From: a virus
Taxonomy: Duplodnaviria > Caudoviricetes
IMG/VR virus record: IMGVR_UViG_2602041664_000001
Span: 1 to 64,000 of that record
Reading direction: 5' to 3' (one strand)
Length of the DNA: 64,000 nt
The notes beneath the pieces were generated by a model. That model had not been told where the DNA came from. It searched no databases and worked only from the letters and a program-made list of their open reading frames with translations. A program made the translations under genes and the position numbers. Shown piece after piece: positions 20,481 through 29,129 of the stretch (position 1 is the first letter of the stretch; each line of letters starts with the position of its first letter).

Positions 20481-20625
20481 TAAAAAGACACTATTACCTA
20501 TCTGTGTAACTGTTGATAATTGTGTGGTAACACTTGTCTCCAGATATGGTAATATGGATTGGTCTAATCTTATAGGTACACAGCATTATCCTATGACTGC
20601 TGTAATGGTTGAATATGATTTGTAA
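20467..20625 (+). CDS. TRD-like mini-gene 2 (52 aa)
   Basis: TTG start; MRIFDKKTLLPICVTVDNCVVTLVSRYGNMDWSNLIGTQHYPMTAVMVEYDL; paralog of 22361..22558. Confidence 0.65.
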   Translation: MRIFDKKTLLPICVTVDNCVVTLVSRYGNMDWSNLIGTQHYPMTAVMVEYDL

Positions 20626-21897
20626 CTTTGTTGGTTGGACACGTGACGATAAAGGAAAGGTTCTAAACAGGCACTTTAAGGATATTTGTAATACGATTAC
20701 TTCCAAGGCTGGTAGAAATGGTAATACCTCTCCTTTTGTGTGCATTAGTAATAATAATTCTAATAAAAGTATGATTGCAAAGATTTATCCTGACGGGCAT
20801 CCTGACTTGTTGGGAAAGAAAGATCCAACGCATCCTGTGCGTTATTTCGATATTCGTAAATTGACGCCGACTGAATGCTTTCGTTTGATGGGTGTAAGCG
20901 ATAATGATATTGAGAAGATTTTGCAAAGCGGACTGAGTAAGTCAGCTTGCTATAAATTGGCTGGTAATTCTATCGTTGTTGATTGTCTCTACTATATCTA
21001 TCGTAATATATGGCTGACCGAAGACGAACAACCACGGACGGGTGATGTTATGAGCTTGTTTGACGAACCTACTTTTCGTGCTCCATTACCTAAAACTATC
21101 AATATGGTTACGTTATGTTCAGGTTATGATTCGCAGTGTTTAGCTATGCAACGTCTTATTTCAGATGCTAAACAGCAGGGCTATGATGTGACGTTCGACT
21201 TGAAGGCGTGGAGTGAGTTCGACCCTGAAAGTCGTTCTGCCTTGGAGAAACAACCGGCGGTTGTGGCACACAACTCTCTTTTTCCTCAGTTTGCTGACCG
21301 TAACGTGGGTGATATGACCAAAGCAGATTGGTCGTTTCTGAAGGGTGAAAATATTGATTTGCTTACCTATTCAACTCCTTGCCAGTCTATTCTCAAGCGG
21401 GAAAGCGGACAGGGATAAAACGTGATAGCGGTACACGTTCATCTGTGTTGTGGTACACAGAGAATGCTATTCGTGCCTTGCGTCCTAAGTTTCTCTTACA
21501 AGAGAATGTTCGTGCGTTGGTTAACAAGATTAATGTCGATGATTTCAAGGAATGGCAGAAGGTATGCCAGGATTGTGGCTATACGAATTATTGGACTATT
21601 ATGAATGCAAAAGACTTTGGTGTTCCACAGAATCGTGAACGTGTCTTTATGCTTTCAGTTCGTAATGACTTAAATCTCCCTACTTATCGTTTTCCTAAAC
21701 CTTTCCGTCTCGACAAAGCTATTGTTGATATTCTTGAGGAGGATGTGAATGAATCTTATTTCTTAAAGCCAGAGAGCGTTCTTAAGTTCTTCGAGGCTAA
21801 TGAAAAGCCAGAAGATGCAGGTATTCATTATCTTGTAACCGATCATAAGCTGTCAGATGTGGAGATTGCTAATGTGCGTGGTGCTGAAAAATCGTAG
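20615..21897 (+). CDS. Circularly permuted DNA (cytosine-5) methyltransferase with N-terminal TRD; 1-nt frameshift at about 21391
   Basis: Order: TRD (NTITSKAG), IX (IRKLTPTECFRLMG), X (YKLAGNSIVV), I (TLCSGYDSQ), IV (STPCQS), then in another frame SQAGKR..GTRSS, VI (QENV), VIII (PQNRERVF). Confidence 0.85.
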
Positions 21898-22054
21898 GAC
21901 TGACGAGGGCAAGGCTGTTCGTCGTTTGTATGGCGACAACAGTGGTATGTGTCGCTTTGCAGATAGACAGCTTTTCCCCTCGTCCGCTTGTTGGTCGAAT
22001 ACTGTTACTGGTGTTGATAAGGATAATTTGATGTTGGTGGAATATGATCCGTAG
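21857..22054 (+). CDS. TRD-like mini-gene 3
   Basis: RTDEGKAVRR...SNTVTGVDKDNLMLVEYDP. Confidence 0.65.
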   Translation: MWRLLMCVVLKNRRTDEGKAVRRLYGDNSGMCRFADRQLFPSSACWSNTVTGVDKDNLMLVEYDP

Positions 22055-22202
22055 AGATAATATTTGTGTTGTCGGTCTTTTGCCGTTTATAACTTGGTTT
22101 AGACCTGATCGTGTAGTTCTTTCTGTAGAAGGGGTTAGTACTACCTTACAGACGCAGATGAACTCTAAACTTCAGAAAATATTAGTAGAGTATGACTTGT
22201 AG
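22044..22202 (+). CDS. TRD-like mini-gene 4 (52 aa)
   Basis: MIRRDNICVVGLLPFITWFRPDRVVLSVEGVSTTLQTQMNSKLQKILVEYDL. Confidence 0.65.
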   Translation: MIRRDNICVVGLLPFITWFRPDRVVLSVEGVSTTLQTQMNSKLQKILVEYDL

Positions 22203-22374
22203 AGAAAAAACTATTCGTGCAAAGTGGTTGCCAAATGGAAATATCCGTTTCTTTAGGGATGACGATAAGAAGAGTGGGGTAGGTGAGCTTTGTTGTACCG
22301 CTTGTTGTAATCCTTCTGCGACAGTTATCCGTGGTGTTGTGGGTTGTGTTATTGTTGATTATGAATTTGATTAG
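22192..22374 (+). CDS. TRD-like mini-gene 5 (60 aa)
   Basis: IRFFRDDDKKSG...PSATVIRG...VIVDYEFD; starts within the previous EYD codons. Confidence 0.6.
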   Translation: MTCREKTIRAKWLPNGNIRFFRDDDKKSGVGELCCTACCNPSATVIRGVVGCVIVDYEFD

Positions 22375-22558
22375 TCTTTGCTCGACGGCTGTTTCCGTTC
22401 CTAAATTTCTTTTTTGGGGTCAAATGGCTGCTGTGAATGTTTGTACGGGTAATGTCGCTTGTACGCTAAATACTCGGTATGAGTATATGGGTAAAAGTGA
22501 TTTCCTTTCTTTAGTGCATTTCCCTAAGACTGTGGTTTTGTGTGAATATGATATGTAA
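22361..22558 (+). CDS. TRD-like mini-gene 6 (65 aa)
   Basis: VNVCTGNVACTLNTRYEYMGKSDFLSLVHFPKTVVLCEYDM. Confidence 0.65.
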   Translation: MNLISLCSTAVSVPKFLFWGQMAAVNVCTGNVACTLNTRYEYMGKSDFLSLVHFPKTVVLCEYDM

Positions 22559-22775
22559 CTGTCCTGTTTTGTACGTTCGTGACGTGCGTCCATCCGATTC
22601 CTCTTCGCCTGTACGTATTAGTGCGAGTCGTGGACGTAACCCGTCATCTCCTAAAAAAAGGGCAAGGAGTGGAGAAACGTTCTTGCAGTTTGTTGAAATA
22701 GGTAGTGGCGTGGTTACGAATACGATTACTTCTGTTTCTAAAGATAACTGGTTATGGATAGAAAAAGACTTATAG
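22548..22775 (+). CDS. TRD-like mini-gene 7 (75 aa)
   Basis: ASRGRNPSSP...QFVEIGSGVVTNTITSVSKDNWLWIEKDL. Confidence 0.7.
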   Translation: MICNCPVLYVRDVRPSDSSSPVRISASRGRNPSSPKKRARSGETFLQFVEIGSGVVTNTITSVSKDNWLWIEKDL

Positions 22776-22894
22776 GTACATCCGTTCACCCTTTATCCCA
22801 TAAAATAGAGTGGAGTGGGTGGCTCTCACATTCGCCCGCATTACGCTCGACGGATTACAAATGTCCGCATTGCTTGGTATTTGAATATGAATAA
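22754..22894 (+). CDS. TRD-like mini-gene 8 (46 aa)
   Basis: MDRKRLIGTSVHPLSHKIEWSGWLSHSPALRSTDYKCPHCLVFEYE. Confidence 0.6.
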   Translation: MDRKRLIGTSVHPLSHKIEWSGWLSHSPALRSTDYKCPHCLVFEYE

Positions 22895-23045
22895 AGGAAA
22901 TGTGTCTTTGATAGTCTTGGGGAGATATTCGCCTTCTCAAAATGGTGTAATCGTATCTCCCCTTGGTCTGTCTCCTTGCATTGTTGGTGGAGATACCGGG
23001 CATGATACGGACGTACCGAAGATTTTGTGTGAGCGTGATCTGTAG
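22887..23045 (+). CDS. TRD-like mini-gene 9 (52 aa)
   Basis: MNKGNVSLIVLGRYSPSQNGVIVSPLGLSPCIVGGDTGHDTDVPKILCERDL. Confidence 0.65.
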   Translation: MNKGNVSLIVLGRYSPSQNGVIVSPLGLSPCIVGGDTGHDTDVPKILCERDL

Positions 23046-23048
23046 GTT

Positions 23049-23083
23049 TGTCCCACATCGTTGTTTTTGTTTTCCTATCTTTG
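23049..23083 (+). promoter_or_regulatory. TGTCC-N22-TAnnTTTG promoter
   Basis: TGTCC-22 nt-TATCTTTG. Confidence 0.75.
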
Positions 23084-23131
23084 TATCGTCTTCTATTGGA
23101 ATTGTCCTTTGGAGAATGAAAAAGTATTGGT

Positions 23132-23701
23132 ATGGTTTCACGATTTGATAATATACTTGAACATTGGGCACAAATTTATCGTCCGCTTTCGCATAACCCA
23201 GAAAAGGGCAGCAAGGAGAAAGCTTTCTATCGCATTGATACTATCAATACGCAGAATGAATTTGTGCGCAATGTTAACACCGCTGCTTCACCAGCTTTGG
23301 CTTACTCGTCTTTGATAGATGCTGAATTGCACGACTCTTTGAAGACGGTTCATTATCGACATACGTTATATTTCCTTGCTAAACAGCCTCAGGTATCGCT
23401 GGCTAAGTCGGCAAAGCAGGACGATGATAATGCTGCTGCTCTGAAGGTTGAAATGGACGAGTGGGTGAATGACTTGCTTATATGGTTGTTCTCTGTTCGT
23501 AGGAAAGGGAAATGTCCCATAACTGGCAAGGTGTTTAGTGATGTTGACTTACAGGCTTTGCGAGGATTGGATTTAGATAATGCTTCGTGGGCAACTATTC
23601 CTATGATGTATAATGGTTGGTGGGTGTTGGGCTTAGAACTTAACCAGGTGTCTCCTCGTAAACAGTGCATTGAAAATGAACGCTATAAGAAACTTCTTTA
23701 G
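23132..23701 (+). CDS. Hypothetical protein, possibly tail terminator-like
   Basis: 189 aa; own TGTCC-type promoter; ends in a GWWVLGLEL strand. Confidence 0.5.
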   Translation: MVSRFDNILEHWAQIYRPLSHNPEKGSKEKAFYRIDTINTQNEFVRNVNTAASPALAYSSLIDAELHDSLKTVHYRHTLYFLAKQPQVSLAKSAKQDDDNAAALKVEMDEWVNDLLIWLFSVRRKGKCPITGKVFSDVDLQALRGLDLDNASWATIPMMYNGWWVLGLELNQVSPRKQCIENERYKKLL

Positions 23702-23739
23702 AGTGTATTAAACTCGCGCCATAAGTATTTAATTGAAAG

Positions 23740-23772
23740 AATGCCTATCACCTGTGAAGGTGGTAGGCATTC
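23740..23772. terminator. Hairpin terminator between convergent genes
   Basis: AATGCCTATCACC-TGTGAA-GGTGGTAGGCATT. Confidence 0.7.
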
Positions 23773-23808
23773 GCTATTAATAGTGGTTGAGTTAGTTTGT
23801 GTTCCTTT

Positions 23809-24507
23809 TTATCCTTCCGCTATTCGAGCAGCAAGTGCGTCGATGTCGCTATGCTTTTTACGCATACTTTCTTTCTCACTATTGATTTCTTGTAGCGCAC
23901 TTTGTACATCTTTCCATAGTGCCATATTCACTTGTTGCGTGATAGGGTTGTAATCTCCTACGGCTATGACGTGATTGGTTGCTTCTTTACTTTCCTTTGC
24001 AGCGTTGGTTGTTTCTTCGCTAACTTGAAGATACGACCCCTCATAATTGTCGCCAAGGATGAACAATTCAAATGGCTTTATCTCAATAGCGTTCTTCTTA
24101 GCCTCTTGTACCTCGCTTCTGCGCTGTCTTCGGATGCGCTCTATATCCATCTTAGTCAGCATAGCATACTTTCTTTTTGCACGTCTGACGGCTTTCAATT
24201 CCTCATTGCGAATATAACTATCCCAGCTGTCTTGCACCTCCTTGTAATACTGCCAATACGCTATATTCTGTAAGAAGGCTATCCATCCTTGCTCTTTTTG
24301 TATCATAAGGATAGCTAACGGCTCCGCTATGAACAGTCTTCTGTTCTTCGTGTCCCACAGCAATAACCCTTTCTTTTCCATTGTCTCTAATGTAGCGAAT
24401 ACTTGTGAAGCGTCCGTTCTTAGTCTCTCACGTTTTGTCTTTCTTGAGAAAAGTTTCTTCAGAAAATTCATGTCTATACTTTTTTCTTGTTTATATTCTT
24501 CGTTCAT
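23809..24507 (-). CDS. Hypothetical protein
   Basis: 232-aa ORF with its own promoter. Confidence 0.75.
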   Translation of the reverse strand: MNEEYKQEKSIDMNFLKKLFSRKTKRERLRTDASQVFATLETMEKKGLLLWDTKNRRLFIAEPLAILMIQKEQGWIAFLQNIAYWQYYKEVQDSWDSYIRNEELKAVRRAKRKYAMLTKMDIERIRRQRRSEVQEAKKNAIEIKPFELFILGDNYEGSYLQVSEETTNAAKESKEATNHVIAVGDYNPITQQVNMALWKDVQSALQEINSEKESMRKKHSDIDALAARIAEG

Positions 24508-24520
24508 CTAATCTCTGTCG

Positions 24521-24555
24521 CAAATTTAACATTTCACCTTTATTCGGTAGGGACA
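24521..24555 (-). promoter_or_regulatory. TGTCC-N22-TAnnTTTG promoter
   Basis: Reverse complement TGTCC-22 nt-TAAATTTG. Confidence 0.7.
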
Positions 24556-24559
24556 AAAT

Positions 24560-25200
24560 TGTCCTCTCACCCTCTTTGTGATTGACATTTAGTCTTCTCA
24601 AATCGCCTCTTTTCTCACCTTGTTTTAACTCAAAAGGAGACTTCAAGGATGCAAAAGGAGATTTTTATTTTCTCGTCTTTTTCTCTAAGTGGCTGATTTT
24701 CAATCTAAAACGCTATTTTCTTGTATTTAAAAGGAGAAAAAGACGTTTTTTCTTGATACCCTATATATTATTTTGAAGAAATTTTTCTTGCCAAGTAGCA
24801 TTGTTTTTCCGTACCTTGAATTGTATATAGTAAATAATTAAAGCTCCGCTTTCACTTTGGTTATTAGCGTTTTACGAATAGTTGAAGGATAGCAAAGAGC
24901 GGGGGTATGTACTTGTTTTTCTCTATTTTACTTTACTTATTTTTTTCTCAGTGCGCTATAAGTTTATGAAAATATATCTTATTTTCTCCTTTTAAAGTAT
25001 AACTTATTGATTAGTAATGATATAAGCGAGATTCGTTTTCTCCTTTATGTCTCCTTTTACATCTTTCTGTATCTTTTTAATTCGTTTTTGTCTTTCACAA
25101 AATAAGTGATTCAGTCTTTTTGTGAAAAGTCAGGGAGATTTTAAGGCAAAAGGAGATTTTTCACTTTAAGTTTCTCCTTTTGGATATTGAATGAACTTTT
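24560..25200. repeat. AT-rich non-coding region with repeated AAAAGGAGA/TCTCCTTTT (candidate origin or packaging site)
   Basis: Copies at 24632, 24653, 24729, 25148 (+) and 24985, 25039 (1 mismatch), 25050, 25173 (-). Confidence 0.55.
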
Positions 25201-25349
25201 CATGGAGTATTAATGATCTTTGATATAATTTATAGGGTATGGCAAATGTTAAAAAAGTGGTAAGGATTAAATGTTTTCTTTGTTTTATTTTGACAAATTA
25301 AAGTAAATGTTTAACTTTGCAGCGTAGAATTAAATAAAAGCATTGTAAA

Positions 25350-25757
25350 ATGAACAAAAACTTAAAATCCATGAAGCTTTGCTTTGTTGTAGAGATACTT
25401 TTATTATCTTCAGCGAATATCTTAGCTTTGCTTTTTATGGATAGTATATATATAAAGATAGGAATGGCGATGTATCTTTTCGTTATTTTCTTCTTTATGA
25501 TCCTTCCTGTTACACGTAAGAATACAGATGAAGAAATGGGTTTCTTTTTAGGAAGGCTTTATGATAAGTCATATCTTACTGAGATAGGAACACAAATAGC
25601 AATTACGATAGTGTTCTATTTGTTCAGTTTCTTATGGTCTTTGCTTCTTTTTGCAGTTGGATTTCACTTGCTGTGGACTTTTGCTTTGCTTATTGAAGTT
25701 GTTGATAAGTGGATTTATTCTAAGTATAATCAAGAACGTGAGGAAGATAAAGTATGA
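25350..25757 (+). CDS. Membrane protein (about 4 TM)
   Basis: Hydrophobic, low-GC ORF after TTTG...TAACTTTG promoter (25289-25319). Confidence 0.65.
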   Translation: MNKNLKSMKLCFVVEILLLSSANILALLFMDSIYIKIGMAMYLFVIFFFMILPVTRKNTDEEMGFFLGRLYDKSYLTEIGTQIAITIVFYLFSFLWSLLLFAVGFHLLWTFALLIEVVDKWIYSKYNQEREEDKV

Positions 25758-26668
25758 GCATCTTTGATGTGAAATGTAGCGTTTATCGTTCGGCTAAGGA
25801 TAGGATAGGAACTGGTGATATGACGATTGCTGAGTTTCTACTTGGTGAACGTTGGAAGGAACCTGTCTTAAGGTTACGGGACATGGTGGCGGAGTATGGT
25901 CCACTTGAAGCAAAAATGCACGAGGACTATAAGCTGACTAAACAGCAGTTGCCAGGTGCTACGCTTTCTGGATTATTCTCAAGGCGTAAAGGTGATTGCT
26001 TGATACAGCACACAGGCTTTGTTGCTATAGATATTGACCTTGGAGACAACACAAGCATCGGTAACTTTGGAACCATTCTGCGCACTCTTCGCCATCGTGC
26101 CGAGGTTGCTATGTATATGCGTTCATGTTCTGGTACAGGATATTTCGCTTTGATACCGTTGGCATATCCTGAACATCATAAGGAACAGTTCCGTGCTTTA
26201 CAAAAGGAATATGCAGCGATGGGTATAGTGCTTGATAATGCTTGTAGCGATATAACCCGCATCCGCTTTGCTTCTTATGATGAGCATCTTTATGTTAATG
26301 AGCAGGCTATTCCTTATATGGGAGTGGATTTAGGAAGCCAAACACTCGCTCCTCGTGCGGCTGTTTATGGTGGTCATGTTGATAGTATGGATAGTAAGGT
26401 TCAAGCCGTTGAAACTTTGGTCTCAAAGTTAGAGATGCACCATATAGACATTACTGATAGCTATAATGATTGGTATCGCATTGGCTTTGCTTTGGCAAAT
26501 CTTCCTAATCCAATAGGCAGGCAGATGTTTCACCGTGTTTCAGCTATATGCAAAAAGTATAATCCTCAAGAATGTGATAAAAAGTTTGATACATTACAAC
26601 GTCCTGAAAAGATAGGGTTAGGAACTTTCTTCCATATCTGTGAGGACTATGGTATAACTCTTAAATAA
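25754..26668 (+). CDS. VirE N-terminal / PriCT-2 primase-related protein (BT4734-like)
   Basis: KQQLPGAT.SG.F, IDID, RSCSGTG, D.AC.D.TR.RF.SYD; C-terminal YNDWYRIGFALA. Confidence 0.8.
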   Translation: MSIFDVKCSVYRSAKDRIGTGDMTIAEFLLGERWKEPVLRLRDMVAEYGPLEAKMHEDYKLTKQQLPGATLSGLFSRRKGDCLIQHTGFVAIDIDLGDNTSIGNFGTILRTLRHRAEVAMYMRSCSGTGYFALIPLAYPEHHKEQFRALQKEYAAMGIVLDNACSDITRIRFASYDEHLYVNEQAIPYMGVDLGSQTLAPRAAVYGGHVDSMDSKVQAVETLVSKLEMHHIDITDSYNDWYRIGFALANLPNPIGRQMFHRVSAICKKYNPQECDKKFDTLQRPEKIGLGTFFHICEDYGITLK

Positions 26669-26679
26669 TTTATAAAAGT

Positions 26680-26964
26680 ATGGTGGTAAAAGTTTCAATT
26701 GATTTGGACGACATCGACGAGTATGACCTCGTTGAGTATTTAGAAGATCGTGGCTATCTCGTTGAGAAAGAAAATCTATCAAGTGATGATAGTAATAGTG
26801 CTATTGATACTGGCTATAATGGTCAGGCTAAAAGTGTCGTAAGATATATAAATGACAATGGCGAAGAGACCTTATTTAAGGAGGTTCTATATGAGTACTT
26901 AGGTATGGGTCACTTTAATGATGTTGATACTCTTTGTGAGGAACTAAAAAAGAGATTAAGCTAA
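26680..26964 (+). CDS. Hypothetical acidic protein
   Basis: 94-aa ORF in operon. Confidence 0.6.
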   Translation: MVVKVSIDLDDIDEYDLVEYLEDRGYLVEKENLSSDDSNSAIDTGYNGQAKSVVRYINDNGEETLFKEVLYEYLGMGHFNDVDTLCEELKKRLS

Positions 26965-27842
26965 TGAAAATTATTAAACCTGATGTAACTTCTTGGTTAT
27001 GTCCTGAAGACTGGCACACCTTGGTCGCTCGTGCGGCACGTGTTTGCTATGGTAGTGAGACTGGAAAGCGCACGGCTGAAGAGTTGTGCAGCTTCTTAGA
27101 AAAGCGCAATCACCTCTCTATGTTCCGTCATGGAACAAAGTACTTTGTATTCTCGCTTAATGATGTTAGCGACTATCTTACTATCTCCCGCTTGTTGTTC
27201 TCACCGTATATCGGTCTGACTTATAAGAAAACTAAGAAGCAGCGTGTTTATTTTGTTGCTATGAATGTGCAGGCATTCATGGAGTTGACTCCTAACATAC
27301 ATAATGAGCTGGACCCACACGAGGTAAGTCTGTCTGAATTTGTTGAGAAGGTTAAGCAGTATAAACATCCTACGGCTTTTGCGTTGATTCGCTATACCGT
27401 TTGTGTTACGACACAGATTAGCACGAGTCGCGAACTCAATCGAACTTCTCCAAACAACATAGCCGAGCAGAGTACACGTTATGTTAGTTTTGGTAAGCGT
27501 GGCGGTATAATTATCTGTGAGCCGCATTGGTACTCTGGTGTTTCCAAACTGAAACGTTTCACGGCTCGCCTTGGCTGGCGTGTTGAAGGTTTATTCTATT
27601 CGCTGATGATGCGAATGGGATTAAAGGCAGAGGATGCACGTGGTTATCTTCCCCTTGATGCGGCAACTCGTGTCGTTTATACCTACAATGTCTTTGAGTG
27701 GCGACATATATTAGAACTTCGCCTATTGGGAAAGACCGGTAAACCTCATCCGAATGCGAAGCTCGTTGCGCAGATGATAGCAGACGAGTTGCAAGAGGCA
27801 ATAGTCGATGTTACAGGAAATGTAAACTATAGAATAATTTGA
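26964..27842 (+). CDS. thyX: FAD-dependent thymidylate synthase
   Basis: AARVCY, H.SMF.H, SRELNR...EQSTRY, EDARGYLP, W.H..LR...HP motifs. Confidence 0.8.
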   Translation: MKIIKPDVTSWLCPEDWHTLVARAARVCYGSETGKRTAEELCSFLEKRNHLSMFRHGTKYFVFSLNDVSDYLTISRLLFSPYIGLTYKKTKKQRVYFVAMNVQAFMELTPNIHNELDPHEVSLSEFVEKVKQYKHPTAFALIRYTVCVTTQISTSRELNRTSPNNIAEQSTRYVSFGKRGGIIICEPHWYSGVSKLKRFTARLGWRVEGLFYSLMMRMGLKAEDARGYLPLDAATRVVYTYNVFEWRHILELRLLGKTGKPHPNAKLVAQMIADELQEAIVDVTGNVNYRII

Positions 27843-27845
27843 TTT

Positions 27846-28229
27846 ATGGATTTGAACGAATATCAAGAGAAGGCAATGAGAACTTGTATGCCCACGTGCG
27901 ACAACCTTCTTTATATGTTGACTAACCTTATGGGCGAGGTCGGTGAGTTTGCAGGAAAGATAGCAAAGCACGTACGTAAGGGTGACCTTTATGTTTCTCA
28001 CGCTTCGCATCGTGATGAAAATGGTGATGTACTTCATTCTCAAGCTATCCTAATAACTGATGAGGAAAAGGACGCTTTAGCCAAGGAGGCAGGCGACATT
28101 GCTTGGCAGCTTGCAGGCCTTTGTCATGTGATGGGCTGGTCGCTTGAAGACGTTTGTCAACAGAATTTGGATAAGCTCGCTTCACGTCAACAGCGTGGAG
28201 TGATAGATGGAAATGGGGACGAACGCTAA
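27846..28229 (+). CDS. MazG-like nucleotide pyrophosphohydrolase
   Basis: LNEYQ, GEVGE, KEAGD..W and N..KL..R motifs. Confidence 0.88.
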   Translation: MDLNEYQEKAMRTCMPTCDNLLYMLTNLMGEVGEFAGKIAKHVRKGDLYVSHASHRDENGDVLHSQAILITDEEKDALAKEAGDIAWQLAGLCHVMGWSLEDVCQQNLDKLASRQQRGVIDGNGDER

Positions 28230-28936
28230 TGACTGATAGTAGAGTTCCTACAGACCGCAAACGATTACGGGAAGCCTTGTTTGTTCCTCCTTATCATAAA
28301 CGGCAGCTCACAGATTACCAGTTGGAGTGGCTGAAGGATCATTTTCACGACAAAGAGAATAGCAAACTCGCCTCTGCTTTGAACATCTCTCTATCAACCT
28401 TGCATCGCTTTGCACGTGAGTTGAAACTAACGAAGAGTGAAGCTGGTATGCGAGCAATAAAGAAGCGGCAGGCAGCTCAGATAAAGAAAGTGTGTGAGGA
28501 GAATGGCTACTATGATTCACTTAGAGGCAAACCCCCCTGCACTGCTGCTTTGGAAGCTACGCGCCGACTACGCAAGGCGGGCTTTGTTCCTCTTGTACGT
28601 CTGAAAGAGATAAGCCCTTATCGCTATCGAAAATGTATGAAGGAGAGATCCGAGAGACGTCGATTACTTATCAGTAAAGAACGCAGGCGCATCCGCTTTG
28701 GAATGGAACCGCAGACACGTCTCGGTAAAATCCTACAGCAGAAGCAATTTTTACGTAAGGCTACCTGTTTACGTTACAATATGCTAAAGAAGGGGTATAT
28801 ATTGGGTGATAAGTCGTTTGATAGTGACGAACGTTGGGTAATTTACTATGATAGTGATACTATCCGTTCGGCTATCCGTGAGCGAAATGCTGTGAACTGT
28901 GGCTTTAAGATACTTCCTTTACCAGTTGAAGAGTAG
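28229..28936 (+). CDS. Basic HTH-containing protein
   Basis: LASALNISLSTLHRFARELKL HTH-like segment. Confidence 0.65.
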   Translation: MTDSRVPTDRKRLREALFVPPYHKRQLTDYQLEWLKDHFHDKENSKLASALNISLSTLHRFARELKLTKSEAGMRAIKKRQAAQIKKVCEENGYYDSLRGKPPCTAALEATRRLRKAGFVPLVRLKEISPYRYRKCMKERSERRRLLISKERRRIRFGMEPQTRLGKILQQKQFLRKATCLRYNMLKKGYILGDKSFDSDERWVIYYDSDTIRSAIRERNAVNCGFKILPLPVEE

Positions 28937-28952
28937 ATAACTTAGAATGAAT
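28899..28952 (+). repeat. 54-bp direct repeat, left copy
   Basis: 48/54 identical to 30225..30278. Confidence 0.85.
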
Positions 28953-29129
28953 AACTTTGAATTAAGGTTAAACAAAAGGAAAAGCAAATCACGTGCAGGT
29001 TCAATACCTTATGCAAGTAAAAGGAAAAAGAAACGTAAAAAGTAAATAATTATGAAAGTAGATATAAGTGTATAAGTTGATATGAGAACTCTCCGCAGGA
29101 AGTGGAGATTAGACTGAAAAAATAACAAA

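Noticed and set aside
21857-23045. TAG stop-codon recoding as the explanation for the short ORFs
   Set aside because: Consecutive cassettes are in different frames, several end in TAA, and long genes elsewhere are intact in code 11
23035-23148. Possible tenth TRD mini-ORF starting at GTG in GAGCGTGAT
   Set aside because: Translation lacks the TRD-like core and EYD end, and overlaps the 23049 promoter
24582-24776. 64-aa ORF in the repeat region
   Set aside because: Low-complexity Phe/Lys translation of non-coding repeats
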